NCBI RefSeq assembly: GCF_934725225.1
Contig: NZ_CAKVAM010000007.1
Span: 13,035 to 77,034, forward strand
Direction: 5' to 3'
DNA: 64,000 nt
Source of the DNA: an uncultured Treponema sp.
GTDB taxonomy: Bacteria > Spirochaetota > Spirochaetia > Treponematales > Treponemataceae
Made by a program: the position numbers and the translations under genes. The first letter of the stretch is position 1, and each line of letters starts with the position of its first letter. Positions 41,293-50,966 of this stretch are shown one piece after another. The notes under the pieces were generated by a model, which saw only the letters and a program-made list of their open reading frames with translations, made no database searches and was not told where the DNA came from.

Positions 41293-42129
41293 ATGGCACA
41301 TTGCATTGTTCCTGCCGCAGAAGAAATTTTGGACAAGGAATTTCAGGTTTTAGATAAAGGCTTTGTCCGCATGGTTGACTATTATGGCAGCGACTCAAGA
41401 ATCGTACAGGCGGCCCGCGTTTCCTATGGCGAAGGAACAAAAACTGTAAGCCAGGACGGAGCGTTGATAGATTATCTTTTGCGCCATCAGCACACTTCTC
41501 CTTTTGAGCAGGTTGTTTTTACATTCCACTTGAAAATGCCGATTTTTGTAGCGCGCCAGTGGGTTCGGCATAGAATGGGCAGAATGAATGAAGTTTCCGG
41601 CAGATACAGCATTATGAAAGATGAATTTTATGTTCCGGAAAATTCGTGCATTTCAAAGCAGTCAACTAATAACAAGCAGGGCCGCGGAGAAGTTTTTGAA
41701 GAGCAGCAGGCAAAAGAATTTCAGGCTGAATTTATTGAAGGCCAGCAAAAAGCCTACGAAGTTTACAAAGGCATGGTTGAAAAAGGAATTGCAAGGGAAA
41801 TTGCCCGCATAAATCTTCCGCTTGCGTTGTACACGGAATTTTACTGGCAGATGGATTTGCACAATTTGTTCCACTTTTTAAAGCTCAGGCTCGACAGCCA
41901 CGCCCAATATGAAATCCGCTTGTACGCAGAAAAAATTCTTGAGATTATAAAAACCGTTTGTCCGATGGCAGTAAATTCATTTGAAAACACAATGGAAAAA
42001 GCTGTTTCGTTTAACGGCGAAGAAATGGAAGCCTTGCGCAAAATTTTGGACGGCGAGGAAAATCCAATTCAGGACGAAAAGAAACTGAAAAGGTTCAACG
42101 AAAAAATCAAAACAGGCGTTCAGCTTTAA
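41293..42129 (+). CDS. thyX: FAD-dependent thymidylate synthase
   Basis: HTSPFE, RQWVRHR, NEVSGRY and HAQYEIR motifs. Confidence 0.97.
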   Translation: MAHCIVPAAEEILDKEFQVLDKGFVRMVDYYGSDSRIVQAARVSYGEGTKTVSQDGALIDYLLRHQHTSPFEQVVFTFHLKMPIFVARQWVRHRMGRMNEVSGRYSIMKDEFYVPENSCISKQSTNNKQGRGEVFEEQQAKEFQAEFIEGQQKAYEVYKGMVEKGIAREIARINLPLALYTEFYWQMDLHNLFHFLKLRLDSHAQYEIRLYAEKILEIIKTVCPMAVNSFENTMEKAVSFNGEEMEALRKILDGEENPIQDEKKLKRFNEKIKTGVQL

Positions 42130-42175
42130 AATAAAAAAGGCTGTTCAAAATTTATTGGGCAGCCTTTAAAAAAAT

Positions 42176-42715
42176 CTATTCTATTATTTCTGCTTCGACT
42201 TCAGTTGGAGAATGCTTCCATTCCCTGAACGCAAAAATTATTCCGGAAATTAAAATCAGAACTCCGGCTGCTCTTACAAGTTTTACGCCAAAGTCGGCAG
42301 GAAGCATAAAAAGCAAAACCGCAATAAAAATTGAGCAAATGGCTTCTGTTATGAACGGAGCGGAATTTTCAGTGCCGCAAACCAAAATGAATTGTGCAAT
42401 CGCCGACAAAAGCAAAAACGCAGCCTGAATATAAAGAAAAATCCGCACAATTTTTTGAATCATGCTGAAAAATGCAAACGGAAGAATTACCGCGAGAATT
42501 CCGACTAAAATTCCTGCGACGCTTTTTATAATTACAGTGCGCTCAAAATAAGGCGAAAGCGAAAATCTTTTCACTTTTAAAATGGAATTGATTCCGTTTA
42601 CGATTGCGCCGATTCCGATAAGAATTACAATTGCCTCAATGCTTGACTTGGGATTTATAACAGCCAAAAGTCCGACAACCGCGCTTAAAATTCCTAAAAA
42701 AATTCTTGGATTCAT
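42176..42715 (-). CDS. HdeD/DUF308-family membrane protein
   Basis: About 6 TM helices in a repeated hairpin pattern. Confidence 0.7.
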   Translation of the reverse strand: MNPRIFLGILSAVVGLLAVINPKSSIEAIVILIGIGAIVNGINSILKVKRFSLSPYFERTVIIKSVAGILVGILAVILPFAFFSMIQKIVRIFLYIQAAFLLLSAIAQFILVCGTENSAPFITEAICSIFIAVLLFMLPADFGVKLVRAAGVLILISGIIFAFREWKHSPTEVEAEIIE

Positions 42716-42800
42716 AATCTCTCCTAATAAAAATATTATTTACATTGTATCATATTATTTATAATTTGCAAAATAGCAAAACTGCTTTTATAATAGAAGA

Positions 42801-43538
42801 ATGAAGTTTATTCAGAATCTTGTTGAATATTACGATGAGCTTTTTAAAGTTTCAGAAGCTCAAAAAAATTTATATACGGAATTGTGCGAAAATTTTAATT
42901 CGCCTGTCAGATTCTTGAGAGTTTTTTGCGGCTCCGGACTTTTTGAAAATTCGCTTTCCAAGCAAGGACACGATGTAACAGGAATCGAAAACTGCGATGA
43001 ACTTTTGCACACAGCAAATTTACGCCGAAGAAATCAGCTGATGTCAATCCGTTTTTTTCAGATGGAAGTTGAGGACATGACGAAATTCTTGGGCAAGAAT
43101 TTTTACAACGTTGTTTCCATTTTAAACAGCCGCTTGCTTTTTTTAGGCGGACGGGAAAAAATCCGGCAGTTTTTCTTTGACTGCAAAAAACTCATGTCGC
43201 CAGACGGATTTCTTGTAATTCAGTGCATCAATTTTGAAAACAAAAAAGATGAAACATTTTTTCAGCTTAAATGCCGTGAAAGCATGAGAGCCAAACTTTT
43301 TTCTGAAATAATGACTGCGCAAGATAATTCCAAGATTTTTTCCATGAATCTTGAAACTGGTAACGGCAAGCTTCTTCCAATCGTAAAAGACATTCCAATT
43401 TATCCTTTGCTTCCTTCCGAAATAGAAGATTTTGCAGAAGACGCTGGTTTTAAAAGCGCGGAATTTTTTGCCGACTTTGACAAATCCGAATTCACAGGAA
43501 ACGAAGAAGAATTTATCGTGATTTTAAAAACAGAATGA
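42801..43538 (+). CDS. Class I SAM-dependent methyltransferase-like protein
   Basis: Degenerate motif I (LRVFCGSG), VTGIE and C-terminal DAGF. Confidence 0.7.
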   Translation: MKFIQNLVEYYDELFKVSEAQKNLYTELCENFNSPVRFLRVFCGSGLFENSLSKQGHDVTGIENCDELLHTANLRRRNQLMSIRFFQMEVEDMTKFLGKNFYNVVSILNSRLLFLGGREKIRQFFFDCKKLMSPDGFLVIQCINFENKKDETFFQLKCRESMRAKLFSEIMTAQDNSKIFSMNLETGNGKLLPIVKDIPIYPLLPSEIEDFAEDAGFKSAEFFADFDKSEFTGNEEEFIVILKTE

Positions 43539-43590
43539 CATTCCCATTTTAGAGAATGCCATTTATTTTTTGAGAAATGACTGTTAAATT

Positions 43591-43965
43591 TTATTTCTGA
43601 AATTTAATTTTAACGTCGTAGCTTTCAGAAGTCCACTTTGGCTCAATGTGCATATCCAAATCCGCATTGAGAGTAATCGGCTTTGTAAACTTGTACGAGC
43701 GTTCTGTTTCTTCACAATCAAAAGAAATGCTTACACCAGAAGCGCTTGGGAGAATTTCAAAGTTCTCTACATTTGAATCATCAAAAGTGAAAACTGTTTC
43801 TCCGCTGGAAGCTTTTGTAAGAACAATTCTTCCGTCTGCATTAAAAGTCCAGTTTGCATCCCAGTTTGAATCCTGCCAAGTTCCATGAATATCCTTCAAG
43901 TCAAGAGCGAACATTCCCGCAGTTCCCATAACAAGAGCAGCCGCAATTGCAAAAATTTTTTTCAT
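43591..43965 (-). CDS. Exported hypothetical protein
   Basis: AGGAGG SD, signal peptide, GTW motif. Confidence 0.8.
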   Translation of the reverse strand: MKKIFAIAAALVMGTAGMFALDLKDIHGTWQDSNWDANWTFNADGRIVLTKASSGETVFTFDDSNVENFEILPSASGVSISFDCEETERSYKFTKPITLNADLDMHIEPKWTSESYDVKIKFQK

Positions 43966-43999
43966 ATTTCCTCCTACAATAAAAAAATATTTGTAAAAT

Positions 44000-44608
44000 T
44001 TACATTGCCTTTTTCAGTATGCTTCCAAAATTTTTTAAGTAATCTATAAACGAAACATAAGCCAAAATTACGCACACGGCAAAAAATGCCTGGCCTACAT
44101 GAAGCAAAAGTTTCATGTCTAAGTTCCAAATTGAAGCAAGTTCTGTGCGAATCAACGCTTCTTGTATCAAAGCCACAAAGCACGAAGCCACATAAAATAC
44201 AGTTTTAATTTTTCCGCCTTTTCTTGCCGCAATTGCAGTTCCTTGTTTTGCTGCGACCATTCTTAAAAAGTTCTGGCTGAATTCACGGTAAAGAATCAGA
44301 ACATAGCAAACGACCGGCATATATCCAGAAAAAACAAAGCAGGTGAACATTGAAAGATGAAGAAAAACATCGGCAAAAGGATCGAACATTTTTCCAAAGT
44401 CGCTCACATCGTTCAGCTTGCGCGCAAAGTGTCCGTCAAAATAATCCGTGAGTTCCGCAAAAGCAAGAACAGGAATCGCAATGCAAACCGAAGCGATGGC
44501 GGCAGGACTTCCGTTTTCAAGTCCAAACCAGCGTGGAATGTTGTATATTATAAAAATTATCGGCGCTAAAATAATTCTGGAAAGTGTGAATTTATTTGAA
44601 ATTCTCAT
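44000..44608 (-). CDS. pgsA: CDP-diacylglycerol--glycerol-3-phosphate 3-phosphatidyltransferase
   Basis: NKFTLSR, TDYFDGHFAR, GKMFDPFAD and GKIKT motifs; start at 44608. Confidence 0.92.
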   Translation of the reverse strand: MRISNKFTLSRIILAPIIFIIYNIPRWFGLENGSPAAIASVCIAIPVLAFAELTDYFDGHFARKLNDVSDFGKMFDPFADVFLHLSMFTCFVFSGYMPVVCYVLILYREFSQNFLRMVAAKQGTAIAARKGGKIKTVFYVASCFVALIQEALIRTELASIWNLDMKLLLHVGQAFFAVCVILAYVSFIDYLKNFGSILKKAM

Positions 44609-44727
44609 AATAAATTTATTATAGAAGATTTTTGCTGTTTTAGCAATAAATGTATTTTTCATGCTGAAAATCTGCGCCGTTTTTCGGTAATGACTTTTTG
44701 GCTGATTTTGAATATAGTAGGAAAAAT

Positions 44728-46077
44728 ATGGCGAAAAAATCTGTTGTTTACAAATGCTCAAAGTGCGGCTACACGCAACCTGCCTGGCTTGGAAGATGTC
44801 CTGAATGCGGCGAATGGAATTCCCTTGAAGAATGTATTTTGGATTCAAATGCTCCAAAGTCGTCTTTAAAATCTGACGGAACAGTTTTAAAAGCAAAGCC
44901 AGTTCCAATGCAAAAAGTTTCGCAGCAAAATAATTCACGGATTTCAACTGGCAACGAGGAATTTGACCGAGTGCTTGGCGGCGGAGCTACAAAACGCAGC
45001 GCAATTCTTGTCGGCGGCGAACCCGGAATCGGAAAGTCAACACTCCTTTTGCAGGCGGCGGCAAGTCTTCTTCCCAAAGGAAAAATTCTTTACGTCAGCG
45101 GAGAAGAATCAGCAGGACAAATAAAAAGCCGCGCAAACCGCTTGAACCTTGAAGCTGGCTCTTTGGAAATTCTATGCACAATGCGCCTTGAAGACATTCT
45201 TGATGCGCTTGACTCGCTGAATCCTCTGGTCGTCATTGTGGATTCGATTCAGACTGTTTATTCCGTGGAAGCAGGACTTGTGCCGGGAACTATAACGCAG
45301 CTGAAATATTGCAGCAACGAACTGATTGGCTGGGTAAAAGAAAGAGACAGCGTTTTGTTTATGACCGCTCATGTTACAAAGGACGGAAACATTGCCGGGC
45401 CAAAAAGCCTTGAGCACATGGTTGACACAGTTTTGTCTTTTGAACGGACGAACGATGAAGTTAGATTTCTGCGTGCGCAAAAAAACAGATTTGGTTCTGT
45501 TGATGAGCTTGGACTTTTTGAAATGGATGAAAAAGGCCTCAAGTGCGTTGCAGATCCAAGTTCGCTTTTTATAACCCGAAGAAAAAAAGAAACTCCGGCT
45601 GGAATTGCCTGCGCCAGTGTTTTTGAAGGAAGCCGAGTTTTCATTGTTGAAATTCAGGCGTTGACTGTTCCGGCAAAGGCGGCTGTAAACCGTGTTTATT
45701 CAGAAAAAATCGATTCTGCGAGAGTGAGCAGAGTTGCCGCGGTTCTTGAAAAAAGGATTGGGATAAAATTCAGCGATCAGGATATTTATATAAATGTTGC
45801 CGGCGGAATAAGACTTTCAGAAAGCGCGATTGACGGAGCTTTGGCGGCAGCACTTTATTCAGCAAGAACAGACATTTCGCTCCCGGAAAAAACTGCGATT
45901 GTGGGAGAAATAAGCCTTGCCGGTGAAATCCGCCCTGTTACAAAACAAAAGCAAAGAATAAAAGCTGCGCGTGATCTTGGTTTTCAGAAATTTATTGTTC
46001 CTGAATCCGAAGCCGGAGCAACTCAAGTAGAAACTATAAAAGACCTTATAAAATGCCTTTTTGCGGAAAGTAAATAG
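44728..46077 (+). CDS. radA: DNA repair protein RadA/Sms
   Basis: C4 zinc finger, GEPGIGKST, KNRFG and a Lon-like C-terminal domain. Confidence 0.97.
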   Translation: MAKKSVVYKCSKCGYTQPAWLGRCPECGEWNSLEECILDSNAPKSSLKSDGTVLKAKPVPMQKVSQQNNSRISTGNEEFDRVLGGGATKRSAILVGGEPGIGKSTLLLQAAASLLPKGKILYVSGEESAGQIKSRANRLNLEAGSLEILCTMRLEDILDALDSLNPLVVIVDSIQTVYSVEAGLVPGTITQLKYCSNELIGWVKERDSVLFMTAHVTKDGNIAGPKSLEHMVDTVLSFERTNDEVRFLRAQKNRFGSVDELGLFEMDEKGLKCVADPSSLFITRRKKETPAGIACASVFEGSRVFIVEIQALTVPAKAAVNRVYSEKIDSARVSRVAAVLEKRIGIKFSDQDIYINVAGGIRLSESAIDGALAAALYSARTDISLPEKTAIVGEISLAGEIRPVTKQKQRIKAARDLGFQKFIVPESEAGATQVETIKDLIKCLFAESK

Positions 46078-46120
46078 CCCGAATTTCGAGTCTTAGAGAA
46101 GTTTGGGCTAAATAAAAGAA

Positions 46121-46252
46121 TTTTCCTTGAGTAAATACGTTATTTTCCATTGGCAAATAGCTTATTTACCTTAGGAAAATAGTCTATTTACCACAGGTAA
46201 ATATATTGTTTACCTAGGGTAAATAGACTGTTTGCCTGTAAAAAATGCTTTT
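46121..46252. repeat. 22-bp-period palindromic array (6 units)
   Basis: Consensus TATTTACC-nnn-GGTAAATA; units start at 46121, 46143, 46165, 46187, 46209 and 46231. Confidence 0.85.
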
Positions 46253-46348
46253 TTTGATTTATTTTTTTTACCTACTTGCTAGTTCCTTAGGCTATATAAT
46301 AAAAAATCCTTCAGTTTTGCCTGAAGGATTACTTTGCAATTATTAAAA

Positions 46349-47908
46349 CTAGAACTTTGCTTTTCTAAGTCTTACTTTTTCTATGTCTTCGCAGAAAAGC
46401 TCGCGCAAATCGTTAAGTCCCAAAGCCATCAAAGCCATTCGGTCAATTCCGATTCCCCAAGCAAGAACAGGAACATCAACGCCCATTGCCTTTGTAACTT
46501 CCGGTCTGAAAATTCCCGAACCGCCAAGCTCAAACCAGCCAAGTTTCGGATGCTTTATGTGAACTTCAATTGAAGGCTCTGTGAACGGGAAATAGCCCGG
46601 CACATATTTTACATCTGTTGCGCCTGCAATTTCCACCGCGAACATTTCAAGGAATCCAAGAAGTGTCTTTAAATTTACTTCTTCTCCAAGAACAATTCCT
46701 TCTGTCTGGTAAAAGTCGCTCAAATGAGTTGCGTCAACTTTATCATAGCGGAAACATCTTGCAATTCCAAAATACTTTCCAGGAACTTCTGCCTTGTGAA
46801 GCTGATGCGCAGAAAGAACTGTTCCCTGGCTTCTCATAATCAGGCGGCGTGTAAATTCGTTGTCGAAGTTGTAGTTCCAGCCGCGGCTTCCTGTGTTTCC
46901 ACCGTTTCTGTGGACTGCCGCAACATTTGAAAGATACGGCTCTTCAATTGATTTTGCGTGCGTCGGATATTTCAATCTGTAAACATCGTGAATATCGCGC
47001 GCCGCATGGAACTGAGGCATAAACAAAGCGTCTCCGTTCCAGAATTCAGTTTCTACAAGCGGACCGTCAAATTCCTGAAATCCGAGCGAGCAAAGTTTGT
47101 CCTTTACTGACTCCAAAAACTGAACATAAGGATTTGTGCGCCCCGGAATTATTCGTGCCGGCGGAATTGAAATATTGTATCCGCGGAAAGTTCCTTTTTT
47201 CCATTCACCTGAAGCAAGCATTGACGGAGTTATTTCTCCAATTTCATTTCCTGTGATTCCTGAATTTCTAAGAGCATCAGCCACGCCTTTAAATGCTTCT
47301 GTAAGTTTATAAATTACAGTTTCGCGTTCAATTGTTTTAAATGGTGTTTCTGAAATTCCGCGTTTTTTTGTAAGTCCGCCCATTATTTCAATTTCGGACT
47401 TTGTAAGATTTGCGGCATCAAGCTGGCAGTTTTCCGCTTCGGAAGCTTTTTTTATAAGTGATTTTGCAACTGCGAATCTTTCTGGAATCGGCGCGCCTGT
47501 GTATTCAGCTTTTTTTTCTGCATTCATGGCAAGAACATTGTCCTTGCTAAGTGAACCGAATGCCGAGCCAACATCTTTGTTTTCAATTCCAAGGGCAGTT
47601 GCAATTTCCGGCAGACGCTTTGGACCGTTTTCCTTCAAATAAGAAACGATTCTTTCTTCTGCAAAACCGTCTTTAAAAATCTTGCGGCCAAAATCTGTAA
47701 GCTCAAAATATGTGTGCGGAGTTCGGGAAGTTTCTGCCAAAAGTTTTTTTCCGGCAAGCCAGCTGAACGCCTGATTTGCGTGGCCTTCCTTGTATCCCAA
47801 TTCAGTCTGAAGCCTTGTTGAAGTAAGCTCGTCTTTTAAGCTGTAGTGAAGAAGAACTTTTGTTTCAAGCGGATGAAGATTTTTAATTAAAGTTTTTAAG
47901 TCTGCCAA
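46349..47908 (-). CDS. pheS: Phenylalanine--tRNA ligase alpha subunit (long archaeal/spirochaete type); start uncertain
   Basis: FMPQFHAARD, FRYDKVDATH, YFPFTEPS and AWGIGIDR motifs. TTG 47908 preferred; the ORF extends to 47953. Confidence 0.95.
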   Translation of the reverse strand: MADLKTLIKNLHPLETKVLLHYSLKDELTSTRLQTELGYKEGHANQAFSWLAGKKLLAETSRTPHTYFELTDFGRKIFKDGFAEERIVSYLKENGPKRLPEIATALGIENKDVGSAFGSLSKDNVLAMNAEKKAEYTGAPIPERFAVAKSLIKKASEAENCQLDAANLTKSEIEIMGGLTKKRGISETPFKTIERETVIYKLTEAFKGVADALRNSGITGNEIGEITPSMLASGEWKKGTFRGYNISIPPARIIPGRTNPYVQFLESVKDKLCSLGFQEFDGPLVETEFWNGDALFMPQFHAARDIHDVYRLKYPTHAKSIEEPYLSNVAAVHRNGGNTGSRGWNYNFDNEFTRRLIMRSQGTVLSAHQLHKAEVPGKYFGIARCFRYDKVDATHLSDFYQTEGIVLGEEVNLKTLLGFLEMFAVEIAGATDVKYVPGYFPFTEPSIEVHIKHPKLGWFELGGSGIFRPEVTKAMGVDVPVLAWGIGIDRMALMALGLNDLRELFCEDIEKVRLRKAKF

Positions 47909-48010
47909 TTTTATATGCACCAAAAAATTCCGGCTGCAAAACCTGTACTGCAAACCGGAGCAAAATGAAAATCACCTAACAGGCAAGTGAAAATAACTGT
48001 TCAGCAAAAA

Positions 48011-48445
48011 TTATTTTGTAAAGATAACTTTTGAAGTGTATGTTGCCATTCTTACGCCTTTGTCATCTTTGAAATATTTTTTTCTGTCTTTCTGCGCGTA
48101 AGTATAATGCTTGAACTGATTCTGCACGGCAAAATCTTCATAAACTGCAATTGCAACATTCATTGCTTCGCCCAAATCAAAGCTGGACTGCATACAAGTA
48201 TAAGTGAAAATAACTTCGCCAGTGAGCGGAGTAAATTCAAGCTGGAGAGTTACACTTTTAGCTTTTGGATGCAAGCTAGAATATTTGTCTTCTATAGGAA
48301 GAATTTTTGTTTTTGTATCCGCATAGCTGTTTGCGGCTTCCAATGGATCTAAAGCCATTTTAGTTTCTAATGATTCTTCCTCTTGTGCAAAAACTGTTCC
48401 TGCTGCAAGCATAATTGCTGTTGCCAATATAAATATCTTTTTCAT
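48011..48445 (-). CDS. Exported hypothetical protein
   Basis: AGGAGGT SD before MKKIFIL signal peptide. Confidence 0.8.
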   Translation of the reverse strand: MKKIFILATAIMLAAGTVFAQEEESLETKMALDPLEAANSYADTKTKILPIEDKYSSLHPKAKSVTLQLEFTPLTGEVIFTYTCMQSSFDLGEAMNVAIAVYEDFAVQNQFKHYTYAQKDRKKYFKDDKGVRMATYTSKVIFTK

Positions 48446-48468
48446 GCGATACCTCCTTTCAAGTAGCG

Positions 48469-49197
48469 TCAATAGTAAGTATACGGAACTATTCTATCAG
48501 TTTCCAAGAAAAAATCAAGGTCAACTTCATAGCGTCCGTTTTTTATGAAAATTCTTGGGTCGCGGATTAAAAGCAAAGTCCCGGAAATTTCCTTGGGCTT
48601 GTTTTTTTCCATTGTGCGCCAATATTCTCTTACTGCATTTTTCGCCGCATTGCTGCACGCCTGCTTTATTCCTTCAAATCCGTCTTGAACCGAAGCTGAA
48701 CCGCAGCCTTTTACTTTTGGGTGAATTATAGAAGTCCATCTTTTGTATTCGAGTTGCTGGGCTGAAGTTCTGTCGCAGTAAACCCAGCTTAAAAGTTTTC
48801 CGTCTTTGGGAACTGGATTGTGATATTCAAGGCGATTTATAGAAGAATCAAATTTTCTGACTTCGGAAAATTCCCAGTATTCCTGAACTCCGCGTTTTTT
48901 GTCATAAGGCGTGTAGTCAAAATTCCAGCCGTACAAAAGTCCTTCCATTAAAAAAGGCGCAACTTGCTTTGTCCTCTCAATTGCAAATCCGTAAAGTTTT
49001 TCAAAGTCGGATTTTTCTTCCTGCTTGGAAAATTTTTGCTCCTGAACTGAATTTTCTTCTTCAAATTTTCCGGGGAAAGAATCCAGTTCCGCCCAAACCT
49101 GAATTCTAATCTGCTCATTCTGCAGCGGAGCCTGGCAAAAAATATTCAAGCTGAATAAAAACAGAACGCAAAAAAAAAGCGGCTTTTTTATCTCCAT
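48469..49197 (-). CDS. Exported hypothetical protein
   Basis: Signal-peptide-like MEIKKPLFF start overlapping the rhomboid stop. Confidence 0.75.
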   Translation of the reverse strand: MEIKKPLFFCVLFLFSLNIFCQAPLQNEQIRIQVWAELDSFPGKFEEENSVQEQKFSKQEEKSDFEKLYGFAIERTKQVAPFLMEGLLYGWNFDYTPYDKKRGVQEYWEFSEVRKFDSSINRLEYHNPVPKDGKLLSWVYCDRTSAQQLEYKRWTSIIHPKVKGCGSASVQDGFEGIKQACSNAAKNAVREYWRTMEKNKPKEISGTLLLIRDPRIFIKNGRYEVDLDFFLETDRIVPYTYY

Positions 49198-49811
49198 GCG
49201 TCTTTCCATACTTTTAAAGGATGAATTCCCATTCTTGCAATAAAGTAAATCCAAGCGACAGCGAATCCTGCCAAATGCGCAAGATGTGCAATTCCTGAAC
49301 CGCCTGAAATTTGGCTTATAATTTCAATCAGCGCATAAACAAAAACAAGTAGCGGTGCAGCCACTGGAATTATTCCCCAAATATAAATCACATTCCGCGG
49401 AAAAATAACGGCATAGGCAAAAAGCAGCGCGTAAACAGCTCCGCTCGCGCCCACAAGAAGAACAGTGATTCCAAGAAGACGGTACAAAACCGTAGAAATA
49501 ATTCCGTCAAGAATTCCGCACAAAAAATAAAAAAGCAGAAATTCCTTAGAGCCAACCGCACGTTCAACGGAAATTCCAAAGAAAAACAAAGCCAGCATAT
49601 TAAAAAGAATGTGGCTCCAGCCTGAATGCACAAAAAGATAAGTAAGCGGCTGCCAATAATAATGAAGCAAAATTCCAAAATACGACATTCCAAGATAAAC
49701 TTGAAGCCGCGGAAAAATCATTGTCAAGAAAAAAACAATCAGATTTAAAGCAATTATTATAGAGGTTGCGTTAAAAAAAGTGTAGCGGAAAGGTTTGCGG
49801 ATTATGTTCAT
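49188..49811 (-). CDS. Rhomboid intramembrane serine protease
   Basis: HILFNM, GASG and AHLAG motifs. Confidence 0.95.
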   Translation of the reverse strand: MNIIRKPFRYTFFNATSIIIALNLIVFFLTMIFPRLQVYLGMSYFGILLHYYWQPLTYLFVHSGWSHILFNMLALFFFGISVERAVGSKEFLLFYFLCGILDGIISTVLYRLLGITVLLVGASGAVYALLFAYAVIFPRNVIYIWGIIPVAAPLLVFVYALIEIISQISGGSGIAHLAHLAGFAVAWIYFIARMGIHPLKVWKDAWR

Positions 49812-50965
49812 GAATTTGTTTTTTCTAAAATGGATTCTGTTTCTTTTGCGGAATTTTCATTTTGAGAAGAAGGATCAAAAACTGTAACTCTGTTTCTTCC
49901 AGTTCTTTTAGAAACGTAAAGAGCTTTGTCTGCCTGGTCCACTAAAACTTTTGCAGAGCGCACAGGATTTGTTTCCACATTGAAAACAGAAATTCCGCCG
50001 GAAATTGTAATCTGCATATTGTGGCCTTCATAGAAAACTGTTGTCTGCTCAATCCGTTTTCTTATGCGTTCTGCAACAAGCATCGCCTCATCTTTTCCGG
50101 CATTGCACAAAAGAACTGTAAATTCTTCTCCGCCGTATCTTGAAGCAAGGTCTCCTTCCCTGATGCTGTCGCTTATAATTTCCGCAACTTTTTTTAGAAC
50201 ATAATCTCCGCAGGCGTGTCCGTAAGTGTCGTTGAACTTCTTAAAGAAATCGATGTCGAACATTATAACGCTTAGTGTCTGCTCGTTCGAAAAGGCTGAA
50301 TCAAGCTTGTCTTCAAGAATATTATAAAAGTAAAATTTAAGTCGAAGCTTTGTCATCATGTCAGTTGTGGACTGGTCAATCAAAGACGCATTATGAACCG
50401 CAACCGAAGCAAGAGAAGCAATTGTTTGAATTTCGTTTCGCTCATAAGTTGTGTAGTCGGCGGAAAGATTTTCCACGAAAATCCGCTCGCCCATAACAAG
50501 AATTCCGTTCAAGTGATTTTTCAGCATAAGCGGAACTATCAGCGACGGATTCAGCGACTCTATAACTTTTATTTCTTGAGATTCCGGGAATTTTTCAGAA
50601 AGCTCGCGCAAGTCAAAAACGGCTGAAGAGCTGGACAAAAATTCAATTAGCGGAGAATCTATGCTGATTTTGTATTCGATTGTCGGGTCTATTGCGATTC
50701 CCGAATAATTTTCTGAAAGCTTAAAATATTCGCTGCCGAATTCTTCTGAAATAAAAAGCCCAGCTCCTGTAACGCGCATCTGAGCCATCGCCACATAAAG
50801 AATCGATTCAATGAGCGGAGAAAATTCGATTGTTGAACAAAATGACTTTGAAATTTCAAGCATCTGCTGTAAATCGTAAATATGCTTTTCAAACTCGGCA
50901 ATGACTTGTTTTTCTTTTGCCGCTGGAGTTTGAGTCTTTGCAGAAACCGCTTTCTTTTTAGCCAT
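49808..50965 (-). CDS. dgcA: GAF-GGDEF diguanylate cyclase
   Basis: DIDFFKKFNDTYGH and RYGGEEF motifs; N-terminal GAF-like domain. Confidence 0.88.
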   Translation of the reverse strand: MAKKKAVSAKTQTPAAKEKQVIAEFEKHIYDLQQMLEISKSFCSTIEFSPLIESILYVAMAQMRVTGAGLFISEEFGSEYFKLSENYSGIAIDPTIEYKISIDSPLIEFLSSSSAVFDLRELSEKFPESQEIKVIESLNPSLIVPLMLKNHLNGILVMGERIFVENLSADYTTYERNEIQTIASLASVAVHNASLIDQSTTDMMTKLRLKFYFYNILEDKLDSAFSNEQTLSVIMFDIDFFKKFNDTYGHACGDYVLKKVAEIISDSIREGDLASRYGGEEFTVLLCNAGKDEAMLVAERIRKRIEQTTVFYEGHNMQITISGGISVFNVETNPVRSAKVLVDQADKALYVSKRTGRNRVTVFDPSSQNENSAKETESILEKTNS

Positions 50966-50966
50966 T

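Noticed and set aside
44609..44947. N-terminal extension of PgsA overlapping radA
   Set aside because: Family similarity and the promoter support a start at 44608.
46349..47953. Long pheS without adjacent pheT as a novelty
   Set aside because: Archaeal-type PheS separated from pheT is already known in treponemes.
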